Part shown: one piece after another, positions 7,768 to 17,558 of the stretch
Numbering within the stretch: position 1 is the stretch's first letter
Layout: every line of letters starts with the position of its first letter
Assembly (NCBI GenBank): GCA_903921725.1
Contig: CAIXRA010000076.1
Location: 29,040-93,039, forward strand
Length of the DNA stretch: 64,000 bases
Direction: 5' to 3'
DNA from: an uncultured Lentisphaerota bacterium
GTDB lineage: Bacteria; Verrucomicrobiota; Lentisphaeria; Oligosphaerales; CAITYL01
Notes under the pieces: model-generated
Databases searched by the model: none
Seen by the model: only the letters and a program-made list of their open reading frames with translations
What the model was told of the DNA's origin: nothing
Program-made: the position numbers and the translations under genes

Positions 7768-10674
7768 ATGCCGTTCCACATCCAAAATCCGCGCCATCCG
7801 TTCCGGTGGGTGCCGCTGGCCGCGCTTGCCGTTTTTTCGGCGGCATCCGGCGTCCGGGCCGCACAGACCGTCAACGTTTACCCCAAACCGCATTCCATGC
7901 GTATCCTCGGCAGCGCCCCGGCGTCACCCGTCGTGGCGTCCAAAATTACCGGGGTCGACACCGCCGATGCCGATGCCGTCCGACTGCTGCGCGACCGCAT
8001 CGCCACCCTCAAGGGCACGGGCCCGGCAGCGGAGATTGTAATCGGGGAGAAGGGCTCCCCCGCCGTGAAGGCATACGAGGCCGGGCTCCCGGCCGTCTCC
8101 GGTGCGTACCAGCTCTCCGTCAGCCGCGACCGCATCACCATCGTGGGCTACGACAAGCGCGGCACGTTTTACGGCGTGCAGACGTTGTTGCAGCTTCTGG
8201 ACGGCAACCAGATTCCGGCCGTCGAGATCACGGACGCGCCCGATATCCCGTTCCGCGGCACCGTCGAGGGGTTCTACGGCACGCCCTGGCCGCATGCCGC
8301 GCGGCTGGCACAGATTGCCTTCTACGGGCGCTTCAAGATGAACACCTACATCTATGCACCGAAGGACGACCCGTACCACAGCTCGCCGAACTGGCGCAAG
8401 CCCTATCCGCCGGCCGACGCCGCACGCATCCGCGAGCTGACCGCGACCGCCCGTGCCAACAAGGTGGACTTCGTCTGGGCCATCCATCCCGGCAAGGACA
8501 TCAAATGGACGGAAGACGATTTCCAAGCCGTGAAGGGCAAATTCGAGGCGATGTATGGCCTCGGCGTGCGCTCCTTCGCTGTGTTCTTCGATGACATCTC
8601 CGGCGAGGGCACCAAGGCGGAGAAGCAGGCGGGGCTCCTCAACCGCCTCAACGTCGAGTTCGTCAAGGCCAAGGGTGACGTGACGCCGCTCATCCTCTGC
8701 CCCACGCAGTACAACCGGGCGTGGTCCGGAGGCGACTACCTGGACGTGCTCGGGAAGACCCTGTCCCTGGATGTGCAGGTCATGTGGACCGGCAACTCGG
8801 TCGTCGCCGACATCGACGCGAAGACCGTGGAATGGATCAACCGCCGTATCAAACGCAAGGCCTACATCTGGTGGAACTTCCCGGTCAGCGACTTCGTCCG
8901 CAACCATCTCCTGCTCGGCCCGGCGTACGGCAACAGCCCGGACATTGCCCAGGAGATGTCCGGCTTCGTGTCGAACCCGATGGACAAGCCGGAGGCGTCG
9001 AAAGTCGCGCTCTATGGCGTCGCCGGATACACGTGGAACCTGAAGGGCTACGATTCCGCCGCCGCGTGGGAGGCCGGCATCCGCGACCTCATGCCCAGGG
9101 CCGCCGCCGCCTTCCGAACCTTCGCCGCGCACAACTCCGATCTCGGCCCGAACTACCACGGCTACCGCCGCGAGGAGTCCGTTGAAATCAAGCCGGCCGC
9201 CGGCCGCTTCCTGGACGGCTGGCGGGCGGGCAGGCCCGCCCCCGCCGACAGCGCCGCGCTGCGTGCGGAGTTCGCGCGCATCGCCGCCGCCCCCGCCGCC
9301 ATCCGCGCCGGCACTGACAACGGCGCGCTGATTGCGGAGATCGCACCATGGCTCGACGCCTCCGCCGCGCTCGGCCGCGCCGGAACCGCCGCCATGGACT
9401 TCGCCTCGGCGGCCAACCGCAGCGATCTTTGGACGGCCTACGCCCGCGCCGCCGCCGCCATGGACGAGATGGCGGAGATCGACCGTACGCAGAACCGGAA
9501 CCCCTACCAGCCCGGCGTCAAGACCGGCTCCCTCGTGCTGGAGCCGCTCGTCGCCGAACTCCTGAAATCCGGTTCTGCACGCATCCTCTCCGCCTTCACC
9601 GGCCGTACCATCGCCACGCCGCGCCCGTTCTCCAATTCCAATACGAGGGACGGACTCGAAAAAATGCTCGGCGGCGACCCCAAGGGATTCTACTACAGCC
9701 AGCAGGTTCAAAAGGCGGGCGACTATTTCGGCGTGGATCTCGGCGCGGACATCCCCGTATCCGGCGTGCGGATTCTCATGGGCCGCAAAGACGGCGACCA
9801 CGACATCGTGCACAAGGGGCAGCTCGAATGCTCCCGCGACGGAAGAATCTGGACGCCGCTCGGCGGGGAGACCACCGGCGAAAGTGTCTCCTGGGAAGGC
9901 CGCCCGGTCACGGCGCGCCAGGTGCGGTACCGCGTCGTCAGGGCCGGCAGGCTGGACGGCTCCAAAAACGACGTCTGGACCGCATTCCGCCTCTTCGCCG
10001 TCAACCCCATCGACACACAGCCCCGAGTCCGCTCCACCGTCGCCGCACTCGCCAGACTTCCGGTGCGCACCGAGGGCGACGCCATGAGCATCAACCCGAC
10101 GCTGGAAGTCATCCCGCTGCCACCCGCCGGCAGCATCGGGCTCGAATTCCCCTCCGCGGTTGTGATGAAGCGGCTGGAGGCGGATCTGGCCTCACCGGAC
10201 GCCGGCGCCTGGGCCAGGGCTGAGCTGTCCGCCGATGGCAGGGGCTGGCATGAGGTAAAATTCTCGGTGTCCGGGGCGTCGATTTCCGGCGAGGTCAACG
10301 AATCGGCGCGCCTCATCCGCATCCGCAACGCATCGAACAGGCCGCATGACATCAAACTCTCCGCGTTCAAGCTCCTCCTCGCGGGCGGCGTCAAAACCGG
10401 CGGCGACGCCTGGACCGACGGTCGCCCCGAGACATCCGCCCCGCTGGGCCAGCGCCGTACCTTCGAAGTTCCGGCGGACACCGTCGCCGTCGGGCTGCTC
10501 TTCTCGCCCGGCTCCGGGCGAGGCGTGACGGTCGGAACCGGGTCCGGTACGCTCGGCACGGTCTCCACCGATTCAGCGGAGTTCGCGGTGCCCCCGGGCT
10601 GCCGGCAACTCATCCTGACCCCGGGGTCGGCCCCGGCCCGGCTGCACGAGATTCTCTGGCGCAAAAAAAACTGA
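7768..10674 (+). CDS. Secreted GH84 beta-N-acetylglucosaminidase (O-GlcNAcase/NagJ-like) with F5/8-type C-terminal domains
   Basis: Signal peptide; GH20b-like N-domain; RGTVEGFYGTPW, YIYAPKDDPYH, WAIHPG, catalytic FFDDISG, CPTQY, WWNFPVSD; GGAGGAG RBS before ATG 7768. Confidence 0.92.
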   Translation: MPFHIQNPRHPFRWVPLAALAVFSAASGVRAAQTVNVYPKPHSMRILGSAPASPVVASKITGVDTADADAVRLLRDRIATLKGTGPAAEIVIGEKGSPAVKAYEAGLPAVSGAYQLSVSRDRITIVGYDKRGTFYGVQTLLQLLDGNQIPAVEITDAPDIPFRGTVEGFYGTPWPHAARLAQIAFYGRFKMNTYIYAPKDDPYHSSPNWRKPYPPADAARIRELTATARANKVDFVWAIHPGKDIKWTEDDFQAVKGKFEAMYGLGVRSFAVFFDDISGEGTKAEKQAGLLNRLNVEFVKAKGDVTPLILCPTQYNRAWSGGDYLDVLGKTLSLDVQVMWTGNSVVADIDAKTVEWINRRIKRKAYIWWNFPVSDFVRNHLLLGPAYGNSPDIAQEMSGFVSNPMDKPEASKVALYGVAGYTWNLKGYDSAAAWEAGIRDLMPRAAAAFRTFAAHNSDLGPNYHGYRREESVEIKPAAGRFLDGWRAGRPAPADSAALRAEFARIAAAPAAIRAGTDNGALIAEIAPWLDASAALGRAGTAAMDFASAANRSDLWTAYARAAAAMDEMAEIDRTQNRNPYQPGVKTGSLVLEPLVAELLKSGSARILSAFTGRTIATPRPFSNSNTRDGLEKMLGGDPKGFYYSQQVQKAGDYFGVDLGADIPVSGVRILMGRKDGDHDIVHKGQLECSRDGRIWTPLGGETTGESVSWEGRPVTARQVRYRVVRAGRLDGSKNDVWTAFRLFAVNPIDTQPRVRSTVAALARLPVRTEGDAMSINPTLEVIPLPPAGSIGLEFPSAVVMKRLEADLASPDAGAWARAELSADGRGWHEVKFSVSGASISGEVNESARLIRIRNASNRPHDIKLSAFKLLLAGGVKTGGDAWTDGRPETSAPLGQRRTFEVPADTVAVGLLFSPGSGRGVTVGTGSGTLGTVSTDSAEFAVPPGCRQLILTPGSAPARLHEILWRKKN

Positions 10675-10751
10675 CGGCCGCCACCTTTTTTCCACGTGTC
10701 GACGGAGCATATTTACCAGCTTCACATTTTGGACGACCACGAGGGGGACGC

Positions 10752-12977
10752 ATGCGCCTTTTCACGCTACAAATCACCATGGGACTCCTGTGCTTGGCCG
10801 CCCTGGCGGCCATGCCGCTGCGCGCCGCCGCCGTCCAGACGCCCCCGCCCGCAGCGGAGAAATATGTCGACAGCGGAGACTTTTCCGGATTGCAGGCGTC
10901 TCTGGCACAGTGGCTTCTGGCCGCGGAGGCGTCGGCTCCGGGAGCAACGCCCGAAATCAAGCTCGCCGGGCTCCTTTCCGACCGCGCCTACTGTCAGGCA
11001 CTGGCCCAGCACGAACTGATCCGCCTCACCGGCGCCTCCGGCCTGGGGCGGCTCGCCGAGGAGAAATACGGCGCCTCCTTCCTCAAGACCTTCCTGTGGG
11101 ACACGGCCTGGATGGAGATGTGGCTGGCCTCCGGCCCCGTTCCCTCCGGCACGCCGGAAGGACTCGGATTTCTCCGCGACATCTGGGTGGCGGACCGCAC
11201 GCCGGCCCGGACGCGGTACCGTGCGCTCGCCACGGCGACCGCCCTTGTCTTCTCCGCCGAACCCACACGCAACCGCATGCAGGGCATGACGTACAACCCT
11301 TTCCGCCCGATCAGCCCCGTCAGCCGTTATTTCTTCTACCGCAACGCGCATGAGGCGGGTCGGCTGCACCCGATGTTCGACCGGCTGAAGAGCTGGGAGC
11401 TGCGCTTCGTCGTCGGCGGCAACCAGAGTCAGGAGGACGAAAGCCTGGAATGGCTGCTGACAAACGTGAACATCCCGCTCTGGAAATACACCGACGCCTG
11501 CTGGATGGTCGAGTACCGCGGCGCCAATGCCTTCGGTGACACCGTCCAGGGGCCGCTGTTCTACATGCCGTGGTCGCGGAACATGAGCTCCGAGGAGAAC
11601 GCCTTCCGCCACGGCGGCGTCTGCGGCTCCCTCTCCACTTTCGGCGCCACGGCGGCGCAGGCGCACGGCATCCCCGCCTACACCTGCGGCCAGCCGGGGC
11701 ACTGCGCCTACGCGGTGCGCCTCGAACGCAAGAAATGGGCCGGCGGCTTCGGCGGCCCGGCCGGCGGCCCCCACAACTACTTCTGGGGTGGCAGCTACTA
11801 TTACATCCTGCTGATGGAGGACGCCTTCTTCGACGACGCGGCCATCCTCCGCTCGGAACGCCACATCTGGCAGGCCAGCCTGCACGGCGAGAAGGATCGC
11901 AAAGCGGCATACGCCGCTTTCGAACTCTCCCTGCAGCAGTGCAAAACTAACTACCACGCCTGGGACGGGCTGATCGCCCTGCAACTGGGCGACCCGGACG
12001 CCACGGCCGCCCAGTGGCAGAAGACCGCCGAACAGCTTTTCGTCCGCCTCCGACAGCACACCCGCCCCATGACCGACCTGCTGGCTAAATTTGAGGAAAA
12101 GAAGATCCTGGCCGGCATGAAAGACGTGGACAAGGTCAAATGGTTCACCGGCGTCCACCGTGCCATCGCCGCCACCACCGGCGAAATCAGCTGGGATTGG
12201 AACATGGAGGAGTACTTCCAGAGTCAGGCCCGCACGTTCAACGGCTCGCCCGCGCAGTGGGACCTCTTCCGCAATGCCGTCGCCATCCACGCCGGCAGTG
12301 AACAGTTTCTGGGCAAGCTCCTGGCGTGGGGCGCCAAGGCCTGCGAGGTCTCCGGCGATCCGCGGCTCTACATCGCCGCCGCCGCTGCCGCCCTGCGCGA
12401 CCGCGGAAGCTCCATGAAGGAGGATGCGATGCGCAAGACCGCCGCCAGTCTGGTGCTGGCCTCCGAGAAGGCGCGTTCCGCCGAAGCCTTCCAGGCCGCC
12501 AGCGACACCGCAAAGAAGTTCGCGCGGCCGGCGGACGAAGGGGTCAAGCTTGAACGCCCGGCAGGGCTTCGTCTCGTCTCCGGCGACGCCCTCCTCTACC
12601 TCAGCACCAGCAGCGGCTGGGATCAGCCGTGCTCGCACCGCGACGTGCTGCGCGAGACCGGCGGGCAATTCCACACGGACAAGGAAAAGGCCCCGTTCGC
12701 CGTCGTCCAGCTCAAGAACGCCGTGACGCTTTCCGGCATTCTGATTGTGAACATGCCGGGGAACCAGGAGCGCGCCAACCCGCTGAAGGTCTACACCTCC
12801 ACCGACGGCGCCACATGGATGCCGCTTTGGGAAAGTTCGGAAGTCCGCCGCCAGTGGTACATCCCGCTTTCCGGAAAGCATGTGCAGGCCAAGTGGGTCA
12901 AGGTCGAGTCGCCGCATGACGCCGAACCGAACTTCCTGCACCTCCGCAACATCTGCGTCTACGGGGAGGCCCGCTGA
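10752..12977 (+). CDS. Secreted protein with putative transglutaminase-like Cys/His core and C-terminal discoidin (F5/8 type C) domain
   Basis: Signal peptide; HGGVCGSLS...AHGIPA..CGQPGHCAY; C-terminal FHTDKEKAPFAVVQL...VYTSTDG..W...AKWVKV...FLHLRNICVYG. Confidence 0.7.
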   Translation: MRLFTLQITMGLLCLAALAAMPLRAAAVQTPPPAAEKYVDSGDFSGLQASLAQWLLAAEASAPGATPEIKLAGLLSDRAYCQALAQHELIRLTGASGLGRLAEEKYGASFLKTFLWDTAWMEMWLASGPVPSGTPEGLGFLRDIWVADRTPARTRYRALATATALVFSAEPTRNRMQGMTYNPFRPISPVSRYFFYRNAHEAGRLHPMFDRLKSWELRFVVGGNQSQEDESLEWLLTNVNIPLWKYTDACWMVEYRGANAFGDTVQGPLFYMPWSRNMSSEENAFRHGGVCGSLSTFGATAAQAHGIPAYTCGQPGHCAYAVRLERKKWAGGFGGPAGGPHNYFWGGSYYYILLMEDAFFDDAAILRSERHIWQASLHGEKDRKAAYAAFELSLQQCKTNYHAWDGLIALQLGDPDATAAQWQKTAEQLFVRLRQHTRPMTDLLAKFEEKKILAGMKDVDKVKWFTGVHRAIAATTGEISWDWNMEEYFQSQARTFNGSPAQWDLFRNAVAIHAGSEQFLGKLLAWGAKACEVSGDPRLYIAAAAAALRDRGSSMKEDAMRKTAASLVLASEKARSAEAFQAASDTAKKFARPADEGVKLERPAGLRLVSGDALLYLSTSSGWDQPCSHRDVLRETGGQFHTDKEKAPFAVVQLKNAVTLSGILIVNMPGNQERANPLKVYTSTDGATWMPLWESSEVRRQWYIPLSGKHVQAKWVKVESPHDAEPNFLHLRNICVYGEAR

Positions 12978-14261
12978 ATGAAACCCGCCGCCGCCATGCT
13001 CGCCGCCCTTCTTCTTGCCGCCGGAACCCCCGCATACCGCGCGGAGACGCCGGCCGCCACACCGGCAAAAGCCGCCGCCATCGCATGGCAGCCGCATTTC
13101 GAGGCGGCGCTGGATGAGTCGAAGGTATCCGGAAAAGACATCTTCATCTTCATCACCGGCAGTGACTGGTGCAAGCCCGGCGTCCGCTTCAAGACGCAGG
13201 TGCTGGATTCCACCGCGTTCCGCCAGGCCGCGGGCAACCGTTTCACCTTTGCCGTGATCGACCATCCGGACGTGATGACGGACGCACGCCGGGAGGCGGA
13301 AAAGAAGAATGCCAAGTTCACGCTTTGGACCAACTGCTACCCCGCCGTGGCGCTGGCCGACCCCTCGGGCCGTGTCTACGGCCGCATCGCCTGCGCCAAG
13401 GAAACCAAGCCGGCCGCGTTCCTCCAGAAAGTCGCCAGACTCCAGGCCGTCAAGGCCGCCCGTGACACGGAATGGGAGCTGGCGGAGAAGTCGCAAGGAG
13501 TCGAACGCGCCACCCATTTCGGCAAGGGGCTGGATGCCCTGGATGAGGATCTCGCCCGCCAGAAGGAGTACCAGCCCATCCGGGAAAAGATCAAGAAGGC
13601 CGATCCGGAAGACAAGAGCGGCTACACGGCACGCTATGCATTCAACCTGAATTCGATCATGGAAGGGCAGGTTTGGCGCCTCGCCGGGGAAAAGAAATTC
13701 GAGGAGGCGGAGACCGATCTCGACCGCCAGCTCACGAACCGCTGCCTTACCGTCACCCAGCGCCAGGGGTTGACGGCCGCCAAGTTCGCCCTCTATCAGC
13801 GTTGGGAGCGCAAAGAGGACGCCCTGGCGCAGCTTAAGAAAATCATCGAACTCGCCCCGGCCTCCGACATGGCCGCCGGCGCCAAGGGCTATCTGGACTT
13901 CCTTCAGTCGGCGCCCGTCCCCGTCACCGACCGCTGGGACGGTTCCATCTGCGGCGAACGCGCCGTCTGGCTGATCAACGTCACCGGTACCCTCTCGCAG
14001 CCCGGCACCTACAAACTATGCTTCACCCAGAAAGCGGGGGGCGATAAGCTCACCATCAGCGAGGCCGTCCTCCTGTGCGGCGACACGGAACTCGCGGCGG
14101 ACCGGCATGAGGGGCGCGCCGACAACTCCAGCGGTTCCTATCTCCTGGAGGTGAAGGAAGTGCCCGCAGGCGGCAAACTGACCATCCGCGTCACGAGCCG
14201 TTGCGGAGGCTGGCATAATTCCAGCGGCGAGATCACCATCTCCAAAGTAGCCTTCGAGTAA
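12978..14261 (+). CDS. Secreted thioredoxin-like protein (single Cys, WCKPG) with helical middle and beta-sandwich C-terminal domain
   Basis: Signal peptide; IFIFITGSDWCKPG, cis-Pro-like YPAVALADPSG; starts immediately after the previous stop. Confidence 0.7.
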   Translation: MKPAAAMLAALLLAAGTPAYRAETPAATPAKAAAIAWQPHFEAALDESKVSGKDIFIFITGSDWCKPGVRFKTQVLDSTAFRQAAGNRFTFAVIDHPDVMTDARREAEKKNAKFTLWTNCYPAVALADPSGRVYGRIACAKETKPAAFLQKVARLQAVKAARDTEWELAEKSQGVERATHFGKGLDALDEDLARQKEYQPIREKIKKADPEDKSGYTARYAFNLNSIMEGQVWRLAGEKKFEEAETDLDRQLTNRCLTVTQRQGLTAAKFALYQRWERKEDALAQLKKIIELAPASDMAAGAKGYLDFLQSAPVPVTDRWDGSICGERAVWLINVTGTLSQPGTYKLCFTQKAGGDKLTISEAVLLCGDTELAADRHEGRADNSSGSYLLEVKEVPAGGKLTIRVTSRCGGWHNSSGEITISKVAFE

Positions 14262-14340
14262 GGCCCGGTGCGTTGCCGCACGGCAACGTGAAGGTGATGC
14301 GCCACGCTTCATGTGCCGACTCGCGTCTATTTGCGGCTGG

Positions 14341-14829
14341 TCAGCGGGCGGCGACGGCGTCCGGACTGAACACGGTCTGGCGCAGCGCCTCATAAAGGAC
14401 GATGGAGGCGGCGTTGGCCAGGTTGTGGCTGCGCGCGTGCGCCCCGGGCATGGGGATGACGTAAAGCCCGTCGCCGTAGCGTTCGTAGAAGGCGTCGGGC
14501 AGGCCATGGCCTTCGTTGCCGAACACCAGAAAATCGCCCGGCCGGAATTTGAACCCGTACAGCGAACGCCCGCCCTTCGTGCTGGCGAACAGCATCCGCT
14601 CCGGCTTGGCGTCCGCCAGGAACGCATCCCAGTCTTCGTGGACGCGCAGGTCGAGGTGCGGCCAGTAGTCGAGCCCCGCCCGCCGCACGCTCGCCTCATC
14701 CAGCAGAAACCCCAGCGGCTTGACCAGGTGCAGCCGCGCGCCAGTACAGACGCACAGCCGCCCGATCGTCCCCGTGTTCTGCGGGATCTCCGGCGCGACC
14801 AAAACAACATGAAAGCAGGGTTGGTTCAT
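14341..14829 (-). CDS. trmL: tRNA (cytidine/uridine-34 2'-O)-methyltransferase
   Basis: PEIPQNTGTIGRLC, RRAGLDYW, FGNEGHGLP, RSHNLANA (SPOUT). Confidence 0.93.
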   Translation of the reverse strand: MNQPCFHVVLVAPEIPQNTGTIGRLCVCTGARLHLVKPLGFLLDEASVRRAGLDYWPHLDLRVHEDWDAFLADAKPERMLFASTKGGRSLYGFKFRPGDFLVFGNEGHGLPDAFYERYGDGLYVIPMPGAHARSHNLANAASIVLYEALRQTVFSPDAVAAR

Positions 14830-15041
14830 GCGAACACCATCAAAATCGGGGAGATGCCGTTCTCGCCTCTCTCCAAGCCCCTCTGGAGAGTAGCACTGCC
14901 ACGGGTTATTTTTAATCTCAAGGGTTGCGGACTCCGCAGGCGGATATGGCGTAAAGATTGATGCACGGTTGAGATGCCTGCGGACTCCGCTACTTTGGTG
15001 TTAAAAAAGAAAGCCGTGCATCTGGCACCCTCCGGGTGGTT

Positions 15042-15074
15042 TCAGGGGGGGGGGGCGAGGACGGCTCCCCCTGA
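15042..15074 (-). terminator. Hairpin with G11 tract just downstream of argH (putative terminator)
   Basis: TCAGGGGG...CCCCCTGA stem next to the argH stop at 15077; weak U-tail. Confidence 0.35.
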
Positions 15075-15076
15075 TT

Positions 15077-16453
15077 CTATGGGGTTTTCAGCGCTTTCTG
15101 CCAGAAGGCAACCTGTTTTTTTACCTGGGACGGCGCGGTGCCGCCGAGGGTGGTGCGCGCCTCCACGCTGCGGCGCGGGTCGAACATCTTCAGGCATTCC
15201 GGTTTGGCCGCGGGGATTGCCGCGCGCATCTGCTTGAGCGTCGCCTGGTCGAGGCCGATGCCGCGTTTCTTGCAGTCGCCGACGAAGCGGCCGACCATGT
15301 GGTGCGCGTCGCGGAACGGCACGCCCTGACAGACCAGCCACTCGGCCAGATCGGTCGCCATCAGCGCGGGGTCCGCGGCGGCGGCGGCCATGTTTTTGCC
15401 GTTGACTTTCGCCCCGGCCATCATCGGCGCGAGCGTGGCGAGGATGAGCTTGACGGTGTCGATGGCGTCGAACAGTCCCTGCTTGTCCTCCTGCATGTCG
15501 CGGTTGTAGGTCAGCGGCAGCCCCTTGAGCGTGGTGAGCATGGCGATGAGGTGGCCGTAGACGCGCCCCGTCTTGCCGCGGGTCAGCTCCGCCACGTCCG
15601 GGTTCTTCTTCTGCGGCATCAGGCTGGAGCCGGTGCAGAAGGCGTCGTCCAGTTCGATGAAGGTGAACTCCTGCGAACTCCACAGGATCAGATCCTCGGC
15701 CAGACGGGAGGTATGCATGGCGATGAGCGCCAGCGCGGAGAGGAATTCGACGACGTAGTCGCGGTCGGCCACGGCGTCCATGCTGTTGCGCAGCGCGCCC
15801 TTGAACCTCAGCTCCCGCGCGACGAATTCGCGGTCCAGCGGCAGCGTCGAGCCGGCGATCGCGCCCGCGCCCAGCGGCAGCCAGTCCAGGCGCTCACGGC
15901 AGTCGGCCAGGCGCGAGCGGTCGCGCTCCAGCATCTCCACATAGGCGAGCAGATGATGCGCGAAGACGACCGGCTGCGCGTGCTGCAGGTGCGTGAACCC
16001 CGGCAGGATCGTCCCCGTATGCTTCGCGGCGAGCGCCACCAGCGATTTCTGGAGGCCGCGCGCCAGCTCCCGGACCTCGTCCGCCTCGGCGCGCAGATAG
16101 AGCCGCTCGTCCGTCGCCACCTGATCGTTCCGGCTGCGTCCGGTGTGCACCTTGGCGCCGACCGGCCCGAGTTTTTCGATCAACGCGGCCTCGATGTTCA
16201 TGTGGATGTCCTCCAGGGACTCCTTGAATTCGAACTCGCCCCTGTCGATCCGCGCCTTGATCCGGTCAAGCTCCCTGCGGATGGCCTCGGCCTCCGCCTT
16301 GGCGATGATGCCGACCTTCGCCAGCATCTTCACGTGCGCCTGGCTGCCGCGGATGTCGTGCGGATAGAGCCGCCGGTCATACGAAATGGATTCCGTGAAC
16401 TTCGCGACCAGCGCGTCCGTCCCCTTTTCAAATCTTCCGCCCCACATGGCCAT
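15077..16453 (-). CDS. argH: Argininosuccinate lyase
   Basis: MWGGRF, EDIH, HTGRSRNDQ, GFTHLQ.AQP, GSSLMPQKKNPD. Confidence 0.97.
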   Translation of the reverse strand: MAMWGGRFEKGTDALVAKFTESISYDRRLYPHDIRGSQAHVKMLAKVGIIAKAEAEAIRRELDRIKARIDRGEFEFKESLEDIHMNIEAALIEKLGPVGAKVHTGRSRNDQVATDERLYLRAEADEVRELARGLQKSLVALAAKHTGTILPGFTHLQHAQPVVFAHHLLAYVEMLERDRSRLADCRERLDWLPLGAGAIAGSTLPLDREFVARELRFKGALRNSMDAVADRDYVVEFLSALALIAMHTSRLAEDLILWSSQEFTFIELDDAFCTGSSLMPQKKNPDVAELTRGKTGRVYGHLIAMLTTLKGLPLTYNRDMQEDKQGLFDAIDTVKLILATLAPMMAGAKVNGKNMAAAAADPALMATDLAEWLVCQGVPFRDAHHMVGRFVGDCKKRGIGLDQATLKQMRAAIPAAKPECLKMFDPRRSVEARTTLGGTAPSQVKKQVAFWQKALKTP

Positions 16454-16520
16454 GGCCTGGACTCCTTGTTGGAAAACCTGAAGTATAAACGTTGAACGCC
16501 AAATGCCGAATGCCGCCGCC

Positions 16521-17270
16521 TTACCCTGCCTCCCGGCTCCCCGCCGGCGCATCGTCCAGCTGCGATGCGATGCACCCCAAAATTTCGGCGGCGGCGGTGG
16601 CGATGTGGTCGGGGCCGAACCCGGCCTGCACCAGTTCCCGGTAGAAGGAGACGGCGAGCTGACGGACCACCCGGTTCGGATTCTTGAGCGACTCGACCAT
16701 CAGGTGTTCCGTGGCGTCCATCGCGCCGGACTCCAAGCTGTCGGCCGCGACCAGTTCGTGCGCCCGGTGCCGGAAATCCTGCTGGAGGCAGTCGTAGACC
16801 TTGGCGTTCTCAATCACCAGCGAAGCGAAGCTCGCAATGACTTCGAAAAGCTTGCGGCTGACTTCGTCGAAGCCGAACTTGCCGGAGTTCGCCTTGCCGG
16901 TGAGCAGCAGGCCGATTACTTCGCCCTTCACGCGCAGCGGCGTCGCCAGGATTGGAAAACCGATGCCGGCGACGCGGGCGTCGAGCGAGCCGATCTGGCG
17001 GGTGCGGAGGATGCGCCAGAGGATGCTCTGCAGCTTCATGTCCACCCCCAGCGGCTGGCCGGTCTGGACCTGTTCGTTTTCAACGCCGACGCAGGTGCGG
17101 ACCAGAAGCCGCCGCCGATCCTCGTCGCGCAACAGGATGACGGTCTGCTGCGTCTCCATGAGCGTGCCGGTCATTTCCGTGATGCGGTCAAGGCTGGCCG
17201 CCATCCCCTCGGGCGTGCTCAGTGTGTCGGTGAGCATCGTCAGGACCCGCAGACTGGTTGCAAAATCCAT
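16521..17270 (-). CDS. GAF domain protein with short C-terminal helical domain
   Basis: GAF-like segment (ILATPLRVKGEVIGLL...FASLVIENA) and C-terminal NPNRVVRQLAVSFYRELVQAGF. Confidence 0.75.
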   Translation of the reverse strand: MDFATSLRVLTMLTDTLSTPEGMAASLDRITEMTGTLMETQQTVILLRDEDRRRLLVRTCVGVENEQVQTGQPLGVDMKLQSILWRILRTRQIGSLDARVAGIGFPILATPLRVKGEVIGLLLTGKANSGKFGFDEVSRKLFEVIASFASLVIENAKVYDCLQQDFRHRAHELVAADSLESGAMDATEHLMVESLKNPNRVVRQLAVSFYRELVQAGFGPDHIATAAAEILGCIASQLDDAPAGSREAG

Positions 17271-17301
17271 GGCCGCACCCTCCCGCTAAAGCTGCATCAT
17301 G

Positions 17302-17382
17302 AACGCCCAACGCTCCGCGTTGAACGCTTCAGTATTCAAGGTGGTTGTATCGTTGGATGTTGAACATTGAGCGGTGCGCGTT
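17302..17382. repeat. Inverted pair of degenerate heptamer tandem repeats
   Basis: AACGCCC AACGCTC CGCGTTG AACGCTT ... CGTTGGA TGTTGAA CATTGAG CGGTGCG CGTT. Confidence 0.55.
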
Positions 17383-17420
17383 CCTTTGCGCCGCATGCCG
17401 TCCGTTCGCGATTCGTTGTG

Positions 17421-17502
17421 CAACCCCTTCAGGGTTGAAATCATTATTGCTTCTTTTTCCTGGGGCGTTGCCCCAGGCTATGATGTGATGCCCCGTTGGG
17501 GC
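17421..17502. repeat. REP-like cluster of three palindromes
   Basis: CAACCCCTTCAGGGTTG (17421-17437), CCTGGGGCGTTGCCCCAGG (17459-17477), GCCCCGTTGGGGC (17490-17502). Confidence 0.7.
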
Positions 17503-17558
17503 GGCTTGCGAAAAAGCGTTGATCGTTGCACGTCGAGCATTTTGTGAATGGCCACCCC

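Noticed and set aside
15045-15055. G11 tract as a phase-variation switch
   Set aside because: It is intergenic, lies in a hairpin downstream of argH, and is not in a CDS or an obvious promoter.
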